DNA from: Trichosphaerium sp. ATCC 40318 | Taxonomy: Eukaryota > Protista > Tubulinea | Length of the DNA: 64,000 bases | Direction of reading: 5' to 3' | Assembly (NCBI GenBank): GCA_038496445.1 | Contig: JALMLS010000062.1 | Span: 186,001-250,000 of the forward strand | Shown: positions 14,040 through 25,900 of the stretch, one piece after another | How the letters are laid out: every line of letters starts with the position of its first letter | Position numbering within the stretch: position 1 is the first letter of the stretch | The notes under the pieces: model-generated | Databases searched by the model: none | Told to the model about the DNA's origin: nothing | Seen by the model: the letters and a program-made list of their open reading frames with translations, nothing else | Program-made: the position numbers and the translations under genes

Positions 14040-15600
14040 TTTTCAATACGAACGACTAAGCGCAAAGTGCAGTCTTTGCATAAACTTGCTCGTCAGCCTC
14101 AGCATCCGTGCTACAGCAACGGCACTAAAGGAGACAGGTAACGCAAGTAGCAACCATCCAAAAGCTGGCTACGCGCACTTGACAGTATCTTCACAAAGCA
14201 TTTAGCATCATGCCTAAGGGTATGATACAACTAGGTGGTACGAACGGAAGATTGGCAATAGTGAAATCTACAAATTCCTGGACGAAGGCTTCCATGACTA
14301 CAGATGTCTCTCATTGGATACTTGGCTGTAGAACTTTATCTAGGCGACCACGCGGGAATGGATCGATATGATCAACACAACGCGATTCGAGTACCTCGCA
14401 GAGCAATACACAAATTCTGGGCGACAAACTAACAGACTGACAGAAGCCAGGGCTCCAGAGTGTTCGTTAATTTGTTCAGAAATGCTTTGACAAAACACAA
14501 CTGCAGTGGCTCTACTGGCCACATAGTTGATGCCATTTGCGTCCACAACACGCATCACGAGTTTCTCTCGTGCTTGCAAGAATAATCTATAAAAAAACGC
14601 TTGTATTGAAAAACAACTCTCAAAATAAATGTACTATACCTCATACCAGCTTGCCTTCCGTTGTTTGTAGGTTGTAATAGAAGTTAGGTCAGTTGGACTA
14701 AGATCCCTAAAGTTCCTCACTTTCATGTCTTTCAGGGCCATCCATTCACCGTCTTTGGAATAAACGTCTTTTATGACATTAACTTTTGATACCTCTGTAT
14801 TCTAGGCACAAGTAAAACAATACATGATTAAATGTCTAACAAATACCTGCGAAGATACTTGGTTATCCAAGGCTGTGGCTAATCCAATGAAAACGCGAGG
14901 TAATGCGATGAAGCGAATAGCAGTTTTTGCTGGTACTTTTTTGTAGATTAAAGACGATAATAAGAGACTTTGTAATGGCAATGACACTGCTCACAGGGTT
15001 GGTTATTTTACTTACGAGTGACAAAATTAACAATATGACTACAACTCAAATCAACGTTGATGGTGCTATAGTTAGATCTAAACAAGTAGATAGCCAAATA
15101 GCAACTTTACTGCCATTAACTACTTGCAGTATCAATTTTGTTTTGTTCCTTTTTGTCGTGTCTTTAACCCATGTCAAAACACATTCGTTGTCAGAGTGAT
15201 GTAGAACCTTACACGACACTTTTTTTATCACATGCTTTCCACCAGTGCTTCTTCCAGTAACAAAAGGAGTCTAAATTCTATTGTTCAAGTTTTTTGCCAC
15301 ATATGAAAATCCTGTTTATACAGCGATATACAACTGTTCAGGGCTTTATGTAGGATGGCGAGGGGGGAAAAAGTAGGGACTGAACAAACAGAACTGTAGG
15401 AGTACAAGAGAACCATTCGATAGATTACAAAACATGTTACAAGTAAGTCACTAGGTGAAAACATCTATGTTGACTGTTAAACAACATCTTCTGAATTCAA
15501 ATCAACTATTGATTACAGATCCACTCATCACTTTGACGGAATATGGATTGTCACGAAACAAAATTGGGTGTTTATTTTACCCGGGTACAATTCACAAAAG
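14040..15600. pseudogene. Fragments of further decayed genes on both strands
   Basis: Exon-like open segment 14640-14801 (-) bounded by AG/GT; stop-broken frame with an intron at ~15290-15590 (+). Confidence 0.3.
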
Positions 15601-16022
15601 TTGCGGGATTTATGCATCCTAACTTTTCACTTCCGTTCTGTTTTCTTTGAATCTGTGAACTAGTTTTTAAGCTAAACTTTCTACCACAACATGGAATGTC
15701 CTTAAAAATACAACCGCAAATAAGTATCTTATCAAAACCGAGTTCCTTTTCGGGCCCATAGACCCAGTACCCAATGGAACGCATCCCAAAACCCCTTTCG
15801 CAAAAATACAAGCTTGTAAAAAATTCCCTACTTCGCCAGCTACCTTGACAGATACAAGTTCTTGACGCTAAACTCCTATAAGGTTCCTAAAGGTAATTGA
15901 CATGGTTATTTTTCAAAGAAATTTCTCCTGTGACGTAATATGTGTTTGTGACCTAAAAAAATGAAACCAAAATCACATGTTTTCAAAAACAGCAAAACCG
16001 CAAACCAAAAAATCTCAAGACA

Positions 16023-17145
16023 ATGAAACAACACGTCTGTATACTGCTTCTACTTCTGTTATGTGCTACTTCAAGTATCTACGCTTACTGGCAAACACAT
16101 GCCTCTGGTAACCAGATCGTGGCAAAGAGATACCAAAATAGGTATTTTGTCGCAAGCGGACCTTATACAACTATAACGTGGAATGTTGCAGATGGAGATA
16201 AATTCATTCCGATGGAGTACTTATCTTCCACCCACGGTACTTTTACTTTGTTTATAAAGCCGGGTAAAATGTGGATGTTAGCGTACATCGATGATACTAC
16301 AAAGGAGTGGCGTGTCGCGGAAAGCGGGAGAGCTAGAATTGGGTCTTGGCCAACAAAGTGGAACGACAAGTATGTCTCTGGACACTTCGACAGCTCAGCA
16401 CATAAATCTTTGTTCGTACTCAACCCAGACGGTAGATACGCAACTCTCAGTATTGAATATTTCGCTCAATTCGGTCTTGATGGCTTCACGTGGACACAAA
16501 TCCAATACGCAACAAACGGAGACATTTCTTCTTCAGATCAGATTATTTCGGGTTTTTTTGAAGTAATCAACCCTGATCCTCAAACATATGTCGGTTCATA
16601 TCAAATCCACTGGGTATAAAGTGATGAACTACAACAGAAATACAAACAGCTGGGATATTCTATCAAGTACAACGTCAGGACGAATATACTGGTGGGTGAT
16701 CAATCCAAATGACCATTATGTTGTAGGAAGCTTCTATAATTCTCCTAGAGAGGATCTCTTAGCTATAAACTCGTACGGATGGCATCATACAATGAAATTT
16801 GATGGAACTACAAAACAGTTTGTTTATACAGAAGGAGGACATGGAGGTCTTATTGGTGTGTGGGTCATTCATGATAGCGATACTTTTCTCGGTGGGAACT
16901 TTGACGTGTCTTCATATTCTAGCACTGATGCCGTTGTGGCCATTAATCATAATGGTTATTCGCAAATGATGAAGCTTGTGAACAATCAGTGGACTTATGT
17001 AACTGGTAATGCTGGCGATGGGTTGATTGGTACTTGGCATATTGGTTCAGATGACCACTATACGCAAATCGAAGCGGTTGGATATGGGCGCAGCAGATTA
17101 ATTTGCATTGGTACTAGTCAGGCATGGGCAAGTGTTAACGAATAA
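16023..17145 (+). CDS. Intronless secreted FG-GAP/VCBS-like beta-propeller repeat protein, split by a +1 frameshift near 16593
   Basis: Signal peptide; repeats of form IGxWxxxxxDxYxxGxF...L/VxxN.G in both overlapping ORFs; removing one G in GTCGGTT joins them (QTYV-VHIKSTG). Confidence 0.65.
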
Positions 17146-17507
17146 GAAATAAATTCGCCGTTTTAGTTAAAAATAGTCTTGACTAGCTTGTATTCGTTGA
17201 CTATCGAACCTTGTGTTGTCTTTACTGAACGTACTCAATTTGCCAATACCTGCCTTCTTTTATTTTAAATCGACTCATTACTTATACCAGGCACTTCACT
17301 GGATCTATGTTTGATTCCGTGTACAAAAGCTTATGATATTTGTATCGAAAGAAAAGTACAAACTATATCTGGATGTAGAATTGTTAGATGTGATTGCAGG
17401 CGTAGTTGCTTTGAGAGATTTCCATTGGTACCACCAAACTAGAACTTACAGAAATTTCAAGTTTTTTTTCTTTTTTTCTTGTTCTTTGAATTTTGATAAA
17501 ACATATT

Positions 17508-17546
17508 TGGCGACACGAGCAGGATTTGAACCTGCGCGGGCGAAGC
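17508..17546 (-). pseudogene. 3' fragment of a tRNA-Ser-type gene (part of variable arm, T arm, acceptor strand, G, CCA)
   Basis: Minus strand GCTTCGCCCGC-GCAGG-TTCAAAT-CCTGC-TCGTGTC-G-CCA; no D arm or anticodon arm adjacent. Confidence 0.75.
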
Positions 17547-17743
17547 TATGTGATTGTGAACTTTTTATGTTAATTGCGGTAGACAATTTACGATTAAAAA
17601 TTGCGATAAATTTTTCTCAATTATTTCTTAGTACTATAATACGATTTTATTGAATAATCTGGCCTTTTCAAGTAATCTCATCCGCAGTTATAGGAAGGGT
17701 GTACGAAACACTATACTTAGGACCAATGCACGCATTGCTACGC

Positions 17744-19736
17744 TTACGAGTCTGTGAGTTCTACCATTGATTTATCTCCTCGCGTTGCGGTTGCGACGCT
17801 CTAGAAACAATATTAGTGATTGTGTTAACGTACCAATTAATTAATTTGTTTACAACGAACCTTTGAGGCAAATGGAAATACACGATCGCGTATTGGTTTA
17901 ACAAAAACGGTAACTAGTATTACCACCAATACAATGAGTGCAACAACAATGGGTACAGCTATAGCCACTGCCAATGGGAAAGAGTCGGAGTTACAAACAT
18001 CCGATACACTGAATATCACGGACAACTCGCCAGCGTTGTTCTCTTGCGAGTGAGAAACATGTTGACAATCATTGTCATCAAATGTTGCATACACATCAAC
18101 CTCGAAATCATCTTCACAAAGAGTATTGTTTACTGTCAAGAAGTGTATCTTTGTATTACCAACTTCCAGTTCTTTATTAAGATTGATAGTGATGTTTGTG
18201 GAGACAACACAACCTGTAAGTATTAGCATAACTAGTAAACACTTACGAAAAAATCTAAACGTACTGCCAATTGTGAGTACAGGTACACGGCCTGTGTCAT
18301 TATGTTGGACTAATACAATAGGTGCTCCTGTCAACGACACTGCAACAATATCTTGTACGATTATAAGACGACCTGAAGGGTGGTGAGTACAAGCTTGAAT
18401 CAAATTTAATACCATCAACACAATCTGCTTGAGTTTGCGTGTTTCCGCAGCTGCTAGGTGGCATAACCGGAGGATCTACTGTTGGTGGCAAGGAAGTAAC
18501 CGCCGTAGGTTCTATGGTTGGTGCTCTTGTTGGAGGTTCTGTAGTAGGTGGTTCCGTTGTAGGTGGTTCCGTTGTTGGTGGAATAGGCACAAGTCGTTGT
18601 AGCATTCCTACCAAAAAGTCGCCTCCTCCATCGTCGAAATTATCGTCTCGCAGAAAGCCTTGATCTCCCAGAACAATGAAAGAACCCAAACCTTATATGT
18701 TTGTTAGTAATGCCAAATAATGAAAACAACAATACCATGAGTGACTTCAAGAATAACGTTGTAAGTCGTTCCATCATACATTAATGTGCCGAGTACGGTT
18801 ACGTTGAATGAAGGCGTAGGGTTAGGTGTAAAGTACCCAAAGATGTTGGTAAAAACTACAGGTGGAGTGGATGATACGGCCTACACGGATTTTAGATTAC
18901 GTTTAAATTAGAAAAGTACATGGAAGACGTCATTCTGGCCATCCGGATCTTCTCTCCTAAATTCAAACATATCTACAAGTAATGAGAACATAAAATTTTA
19001 TTGCTTCCAAAATCAAGCAAACTACATAAGAGTTCAAATAAAAAGCGGCTAGAGATTGGCCCTGAGATACGGAACAAAATAGAGATTTTAGCCCGTAAAC
19101 ATCAAGTTGTTTTTAATTACGAGAAGGTCATTCGGACCGTTAGGATGTTTTTACGGGATGTTCTCTTGTTTCGGACCAATATTTTGGCCGTCACCTCTAA
19201 GATTTTAAAAACTATCACGTGACGGAGAAATTATCGTGAATTCGCTAACACTGTTTCAAAATACGTACCAAGCTCGCTACAGAGGCCTCTGTTGTCGTTT
19301 TCACAAGATAGAAGAGCTTTTCCACCTATAGTCGTAATTACAAAGTTGGCAAGTGGAGTAGAACGATTTACCTCTTTCTATGAACTCTAGGAACGGTGCT
19401 ACTTCTTGTACGTTGTGCTCAAAGGCAAATGGAGCAAATACCTCATCTATGGGCATGTCGGCTGTTATAGACTATCGGGATGAGTAATCAACACTACAAG
19501 GGTAGAAAACGTACTTGGTTGGTTGGAACACGCCAAGAAATATTCTTGTTATTCAAATACATTTGAAAGTCTCTGTACTCTTCTCCGTTGCCCAAAGTAA
19601 ACGTGCCTCTGTACAGAGTCTTAAAGAACTTTCACTAGCATTTTTTGCTTTTTTTTTTGAGGTACCTCGGTTTGTCATAGACGACAATCCCCGCAACTAG
19701 ATAAACTCCAAAGACAACCAAAAGAAGAACTTTCAT
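17744..19736 (-). CDS. Membrane glycoprotein family, copy D
   Basis: ATG 19736; PPTTE repeats; tail KPIRDRVFPFASK-SVATATRGDK; one intron expanded to ~296 nt. Confidence 0.8.
19049..19200. repeat. Imperfect foldback (MITE-like) insertion in an intron of copy D
   Basis: CCCGTAAACATC (19092-19103) pairs with GATGTTTTTACGGG (19144-19157), with outer imperfect arms; absent from the orthologous introns of the paralogues. Confidence 0.45.
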
Positions 19737-20005
19737 TCGCAAAACACTGTTTTTATCAAGACAATTAAAATCTTTTGACAAAACGTGACCAAACGTCAAA
19801 AGCACAAACTGCCATTTTGGTTTACATCTGAAAAAAAAAAAAAGGACATATTTGCTGTCAACCCTTTTTTGTTTTAATTACTGGTAAAAAAAGTGAGGTA
19901 AATAATGAAATGTAGGGTTGTACAACTACTTAGAAAACTCTAGTTCCTACTAATTCATCTTAACAACGACACGGTTTGGGAGGAATACTACAACATCTAG
20001 TGACT

Positions 20006-20749
20006 CTAAGGCAGCCCTTTGATGTTGTTGTCTGCTTGCTTTGATGCAAGCATTTTTATATAATGCTCTGTAGTTGAAGATAATTGTAGATGTTTATAAA
20101 CTTGGTTTAAATCCGTCATCTTCTTCTTTTTTATCATCCTTTTCTTCTTTTTCACTTGGCTTAGATTCAGAGGTTTGTTCATCATTTTCTTTACTTGCGC
20201 TTGTTACTTCAAGCTCAACGTCATCTTCTTTATTATCCAAAGAGTCATTTAGGCGTTTTTCATTCTCTTTAATCTTTTCTGCAAGTTTTTCATCAATTTT
20301 GGGCATAAAAGTCCTTAATCGATACCATTGAGTTGGTGTGAGGCTTATACCTACCAGGTTTCGTAAGCCATTGTTATTCTAGATGAGCTGCGACAAGAAG
20401 TGTTTTTACCTTTCCTTCCTTTCTTTTCAACGCCCTCTCTGTCATGGTAGAACTCTCTGATGTCTATCAACACTCTATTTTGGTAATTTTCTATGTTGAC
20501 TCGTCTGTTGCGAGAAAGCTGTTTAATATTAGTTGTATACGCGATATTACCACGTGCCGCCCATTTTGAGAGTACTTCTGCGTCTTCTTTTTTTTCTTCC
20601 TTAGTTGTGTAAAATTGTACAGCCGGCACTGCAGAGGCTCGCTTGGATACTCTTTGAGTGAAATTATTAGTGTCTGCCAAGATAAAAGCGTCAACTCACC
20701 TGCTACCCAAACACGCGCTCGTGTTTCTGTACAATACTCTTGTTAACAT
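20006..20749 (-). CDS. PC4/Sub1-family ssDNA-binding protein with presequence-like N-terminus and acidic tail
   Basis: QLSRNRRVNIENYQNRVLIDIREFY...GRKGISLTPTQW is the PC4 signature; last exon uncertain (alternative stop at 20094). Confidence 0.8.
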
Positions 20750-20920
20750 CGTTGTGGGAGGCTTTAGTACGAATTTGAGGAAGTAAGAAGTCAATTGTAT
20801 TCTATAACCAACGCATACCACCTACTACGAAGATCTGACGCGTGAACGTCACAAACGTGGTCTTTTTTCCCGCCAAGGTTGCCATAATTTTTTGTGATCA
20901 AAATACTACGCAATACATCT

Positions 20921-22432
20921 ATGTCTTTGTTTAATGTACGCTTAAAAGCGAAGCAACAGTAATTGTGAACAAAATTGTAGTATGATGGAGCAATAAGTCG
21001 CGAGGAGGCACTAAAAGCAAGCTCAGAACTCATCATGGACGAGGATTCAGATGAAGAGTACGATGTATGCAAGGAAGAAATAAAATCGTCAACTAAACGC
21101 AAAAACGAGTCGGAGGAGAGCAGTCCACGCCCTACAAAAAAAACAAAAAAGACATCTGTTTTAACTCTTGATATAAGTTCCGGAGAAGGTTAGTTCTACC
21201 CGCAAAACCGTTTAAAAAACAACGCACAACCCAACAACGATAAAATTGATTGACAAATGTCATGACATTCGGTTTTTTTTTCTCCACAACAACGTCTCCA
21301 AGCTCTCAAACACTTACACTATTCAAGATGATGACTTGAAAAATCTATTAAGCAGTATTGATGAGATTCCAGACGATGACGTAGAGGATGATTCATCAAG
21401 CTCATTAGAAATTATTACAAAAAAATCAGCGCCTGCTGTGAGGGCTACTGGTTCACACCATAACACTAGATCATCTAGAAATAGGAAACCTGTTCTTGAT
21501 CTACTTGACAGTGACGATGAGGATGACGTGTATGGCGTGGATGAAATTGACGATGTAGAAGAAGTTGTAACTGCTGTTAATTTGACGCTCAAGGTGAGCC
21601 AAAAGTCTGATTCAGCGATTATGAAGGTTATAACAAAAAACGGCCAACTGCCAAAGCCGATGGTGTTCAAATTAAGAATGGTACGTTCTTAAACTATATT
21701 ATAAAGTAATTAGTGGATTGGACTCATGTTTTATCGTTTAGGACCAAAAGTTTTCCACTGTTGTTGATTTATCAAAAAAGATACTTGGTATTGAAAGGAT
21801 ACCTGATTTAAGTGCGTTTTATGGAGTTAAATACCTCACTTGGGCTTTTTTTTTTCCTCTTTATTATTTTTTGTCTAACGTTGATTCAGTCGTTGAGTTG
21901 AAGCTAGATGGCGTTTTAACGGTGCCATTAAATGACACGCCATCATCTCAAGGGATACAAAGAGATGAGGAGGTCACCATCAAATTTTCTTTGCCAGAAA
22001 GTGAAGTACGCACTTACAGATTTTTCTTCAATTTGACATTTCCAAATAAGTACTTACGCCTTTTCTCATAGGACGATGATCTTATTCTCAAGGCATTGCC
22101 ACAAAAAGTAGTAGTTGAGGATAGAATAAGAATTAAGATTCTTGTGAACGGCAAAAGCGAAAAGAAATATAGGCTTGGGAAGGTAGGCACATTTTGTCTA
22201 AGTATTGTTGATTATACTTACTTCTTGTAATGTACTCGTTTTCTTAACGCATTTTTCGTTTTTGTAGAATGACACTTTTGATAAATTATACGCCAAGCTT
22301 GCAACGGAATATAAGGTAGCGAAGTCTGCAGTTAAGCTCACATTTGACGGAGATAAAATCGGACTTAAAGAGACACCAAACGATATTGACTTGGAAGACG
22401 ATGATCAAATTGATTGCAATATAAAACGATGA
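20921..22432 (+). CDS. Rad60/Esc2/NIP45 (RENi)-like protein with tandem SUMO-like domains
   Basis: Acidic/basic disordered N-terminus with SIM-like VLDLLDSDDE; C-terminal KLTFDGDKIGLKETPNDIDLEDDDQID; divergent from the PC4 gene across ~170 bp. Confidence 0.7.
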
Positions 22433-22960
22433 ACCTAGTAAGAGGGTTTAAAAAAGAAAAAAACAAAAACCAAACTTAGCGTCTACTCGCACTTGTATTA
22501 TAAAAGAAAATTAAGACAATCCCTCTTATGGCTTCGTTGTTGAGTTTTAGGGCATTTTAACAAACGACGTATAGTCAGAAAACAGAATCACTTCGCAGTT
22601 GACGTAACGTCATGACGCGATAGATGGTAGCGTGTATCAGCCGTGATGCAGCTGTGTTTAAGACCGAATGATCGGTTTTTTTAAATTGATGGCTTTTTGT
22701 TAGTCAAATTGAAGTCATACAACAACCCAAATACAGCGCAACAGACTGTTTTGGGTGTAGTCGGATAAAAACCTTATGTTTGGAATGAGTTTGCTCATAG
22801 TTTAAATTCCACGTACGTTGTTTACTGTATAAACGGAGATATGCAACGCAGTCCTTGTTGCGGCTTTTGATACTGCGGTATCTAAAGTACAAGCATCGTG
22901 TCTATAATTCCAATCAACAGACGATAATATCATTAATGGAGTACGCATAGGTTTATTAAT

Positions 22961-25900
22961 ATGGCTTTCAGCTCCGCTTGCTCAATACAGGCACTTCCAG
23001 TAGCGGAACAGCTCCCAGCCATTCTGACGTTACTGTCGCAACCTGAGAGTATATTACTAGCCAACTGGGACAATTTTGGTATCTACACTAAATTATAACG
23101 GCAATTTACACCTAACGCTCCATAAGTTGAGTTTGTGGACTTCTATAAGCCCAAGGAGAAGTTTTATGAGTACAAAACGACATACGCAGAAGAGTTTACA
23201 AACGGAAAAGTTGTGCAGAGGTGCGTTCGAAACAAACTTAGAACAAACGAGCGTGACAGACGCTTTGAATATATTTTTGGTTTTCAAGAAAATAATTTAC
23301 AATCAAAATGTACTAGCGTTCAGTTTTTATCTAATAATGGATTTTTTTGTTCTAGGTTGATCCAAAATTCAAGAGAAACACCTCCTAGTGATCCTAGACT
23401 TAGTGTTTATGTAATTTTATTACGTATATTAGCTAGAATACGTGAGTATTGGAGGAAATAATATTTCTTTTTTTTTGATTTAATTTGTTTTTTCTTACAA
23501 AACCTTAGCTTCTAATGTCGATACAATGATCAAGTCGTCTGGTAATGAGTTGGCGTATACTATACTGTCAAAATCGAAAAATACAGTGGTTTTGGCTGAG
23601 ACTTGCGCTTATATACAGAATCTCGCACTAGACGAAGATAATAAGGCAGCTTTACGAGAGATTGGCGTCATTGATATGGTGACACTTTTTTTTTGTGAAT
23701 TAGTCTCTACTCTCTTATTTACGCTTTAATAGATTGTAAATAGCGTTAAACAGCATTTCGAGAGTGTCAAAGTAGTCACTAATGCGTGGGGATCTTTAAT
23801 GAATTTAGCTATATGCGGTAAGTTGTTATTTTCGTCCAAAGTCGTTATTTAGGTATGGTTCTATTTGTGTACTAACAAACTGTACGCTAGATGATAATAA
23901 AGATCACATTGTAACTTTGGGATGTATTCCATTAGTAACAAGATCACTGGACGCCTTTGCTGGTACGAATCTTTTTTTTTTGTTGTTCAATTTTCCAGGA
24001 CCACGTGGAGGTCAACGTGCTTGACCAGCAGTAGTAGGAGCTTTATAAAATTATTCCACTAATATTTATTTAATTAGCGCACACTGATTTGATTACAAAC
24101 GCTTGTGGTATTCTACAGGTTCGTTTCAAACCCTTTACATTACGTAATAGCTATGAATATTTATTTTGTCTTCATTTAGAATTTGGCGTTAAATGATGAT
24201 TATAAAGTCAAAATTGCTGAGCATGATGGCATAAAACTAATTTTGAGGGCAATGAACTGGCATTCTTCAAAAGCAAATTGCAATTTACCAGCAAAAGTTG
24301 GATCGCCGCCACTGTCGTCTGCTGATTTAGAAGCTACGCTCCAAGAACGAAAGACATCAGCTGCGAGTATTTGCGTTGCTGCTTGTAGCGTAATACAGAA
24401 CCTTGCATTAGACGGTTAGTCAAAGAAAGGGTAACACAGCTTTTGATTAATTTTTACCTACCAGACAACAATCAGCAAAAGATTTCTGAAGAACATGGTA
24501 TTCAGCTTATCCTACAAGCGATGCGTGCTCATCCAACTGGAGAACACGTTCAAGAACATGGTTGCGCTGCTTTGTGGAATTTAAGTCTAAACAGTACGTC
24601 AGAAAAATGAGCTAGAAAGGTTTCTAATTTTTTAATTGAAGAAGACCATATGGAGGAAATTATCGAATCTAACGGTATAAAATGTGTTATTGATGCTATT
24701 AAAAATCATATACGATGTGTTGGTGTATTAAAAAACGCTTGTGGAGCTTTATGGAATTTATCCGTTTCAGGTACACGAAAAACGTTGTACTCATCCTAAA
24801 CTAACTAAAAAAAACAGAAGAAAATCAAAAAATTATCACTAAACACAATGGCGTTGGTACGTATTCAGAAAAAAAAGAAAAAGCTTTTTTGGATGAATGG
24901 TTTTTTTGGATACTTTTTTAAGTTCTCGCTATGAATACTGGTAACTCATTATGAAATTCATAGATGTTCTTCTTTCTGTAATGCGCGAAAATGATGATAG
25001 CGCGGAAGTACAATTTAATGCATGTGGTGTTATTATGAATATGGCAAGAGATGGTAAGAATTCGAAAGCATTATTTTTTTTAGCTTCATTTTTGTTTTCC
25101 TAATTTTTTTTAGAGCCTACAAAGGTGATGATTGCTGCTAAAGGCGGTATTGATTTAATTGTTCACTCAATGACAGTTCATCCAAACAATGTTGAGGTTG
25201 CACGATATGCTTGTGCAGCGTTATGGAATCTCGCTGTCAATGGTACGTACACTTCACCTTGTACCTACATGTCAAAGCTTATATTTCTTTAGATGACAAC
25301 AAAGATCTTATCGCTGCAAAGAAGGGTATAGATGCTATATTAGGTGCAATGAGAGCTCATGAAAAAGACCATGAACTCATAAATAATGCATGTGGAGCTC
25401 TGTGGAACATTTGCGTGCGAGGTACGTTAATTATTGTTCAAAACTGTTAGCTAAATTTATTTCCGAATAAGAACACAACACCTTGGAAATTGCTCAAAAA
25501 GGAGGGATAGAATTAATAATTACAGCGCTTAAAAATTTTACAGAGCAACATGATGTCCAACGTCATGCTTGTGGCGCTTTAAGAAATCTAGCCGTTGATG
25601 GTAACTGAACTTTTAATTGTTTGTTTGATTTCTAACCTCCTCAAGATAACAACGCAAGAGCTATTCCAAACCTTGATGGTATTGATATCCTTGTTGATAC
25701 AATGAAACGTAATATAAACAGTCCTCAAGTGTTAAGCGAAGCACTAGCTGCCCTTTGGAATGTAGCCATTCATGGTATGATCTTTTTTCTTTAACTTCTT
25801 CGTTTGTTTTTTTTTTGTCGCTGATTTAGTGTCAGATGAAAATAAGGCTACTATTGTGAGTGCTTGTCAAGTTGTTGCGGATATTATGCGGTCACATCCT

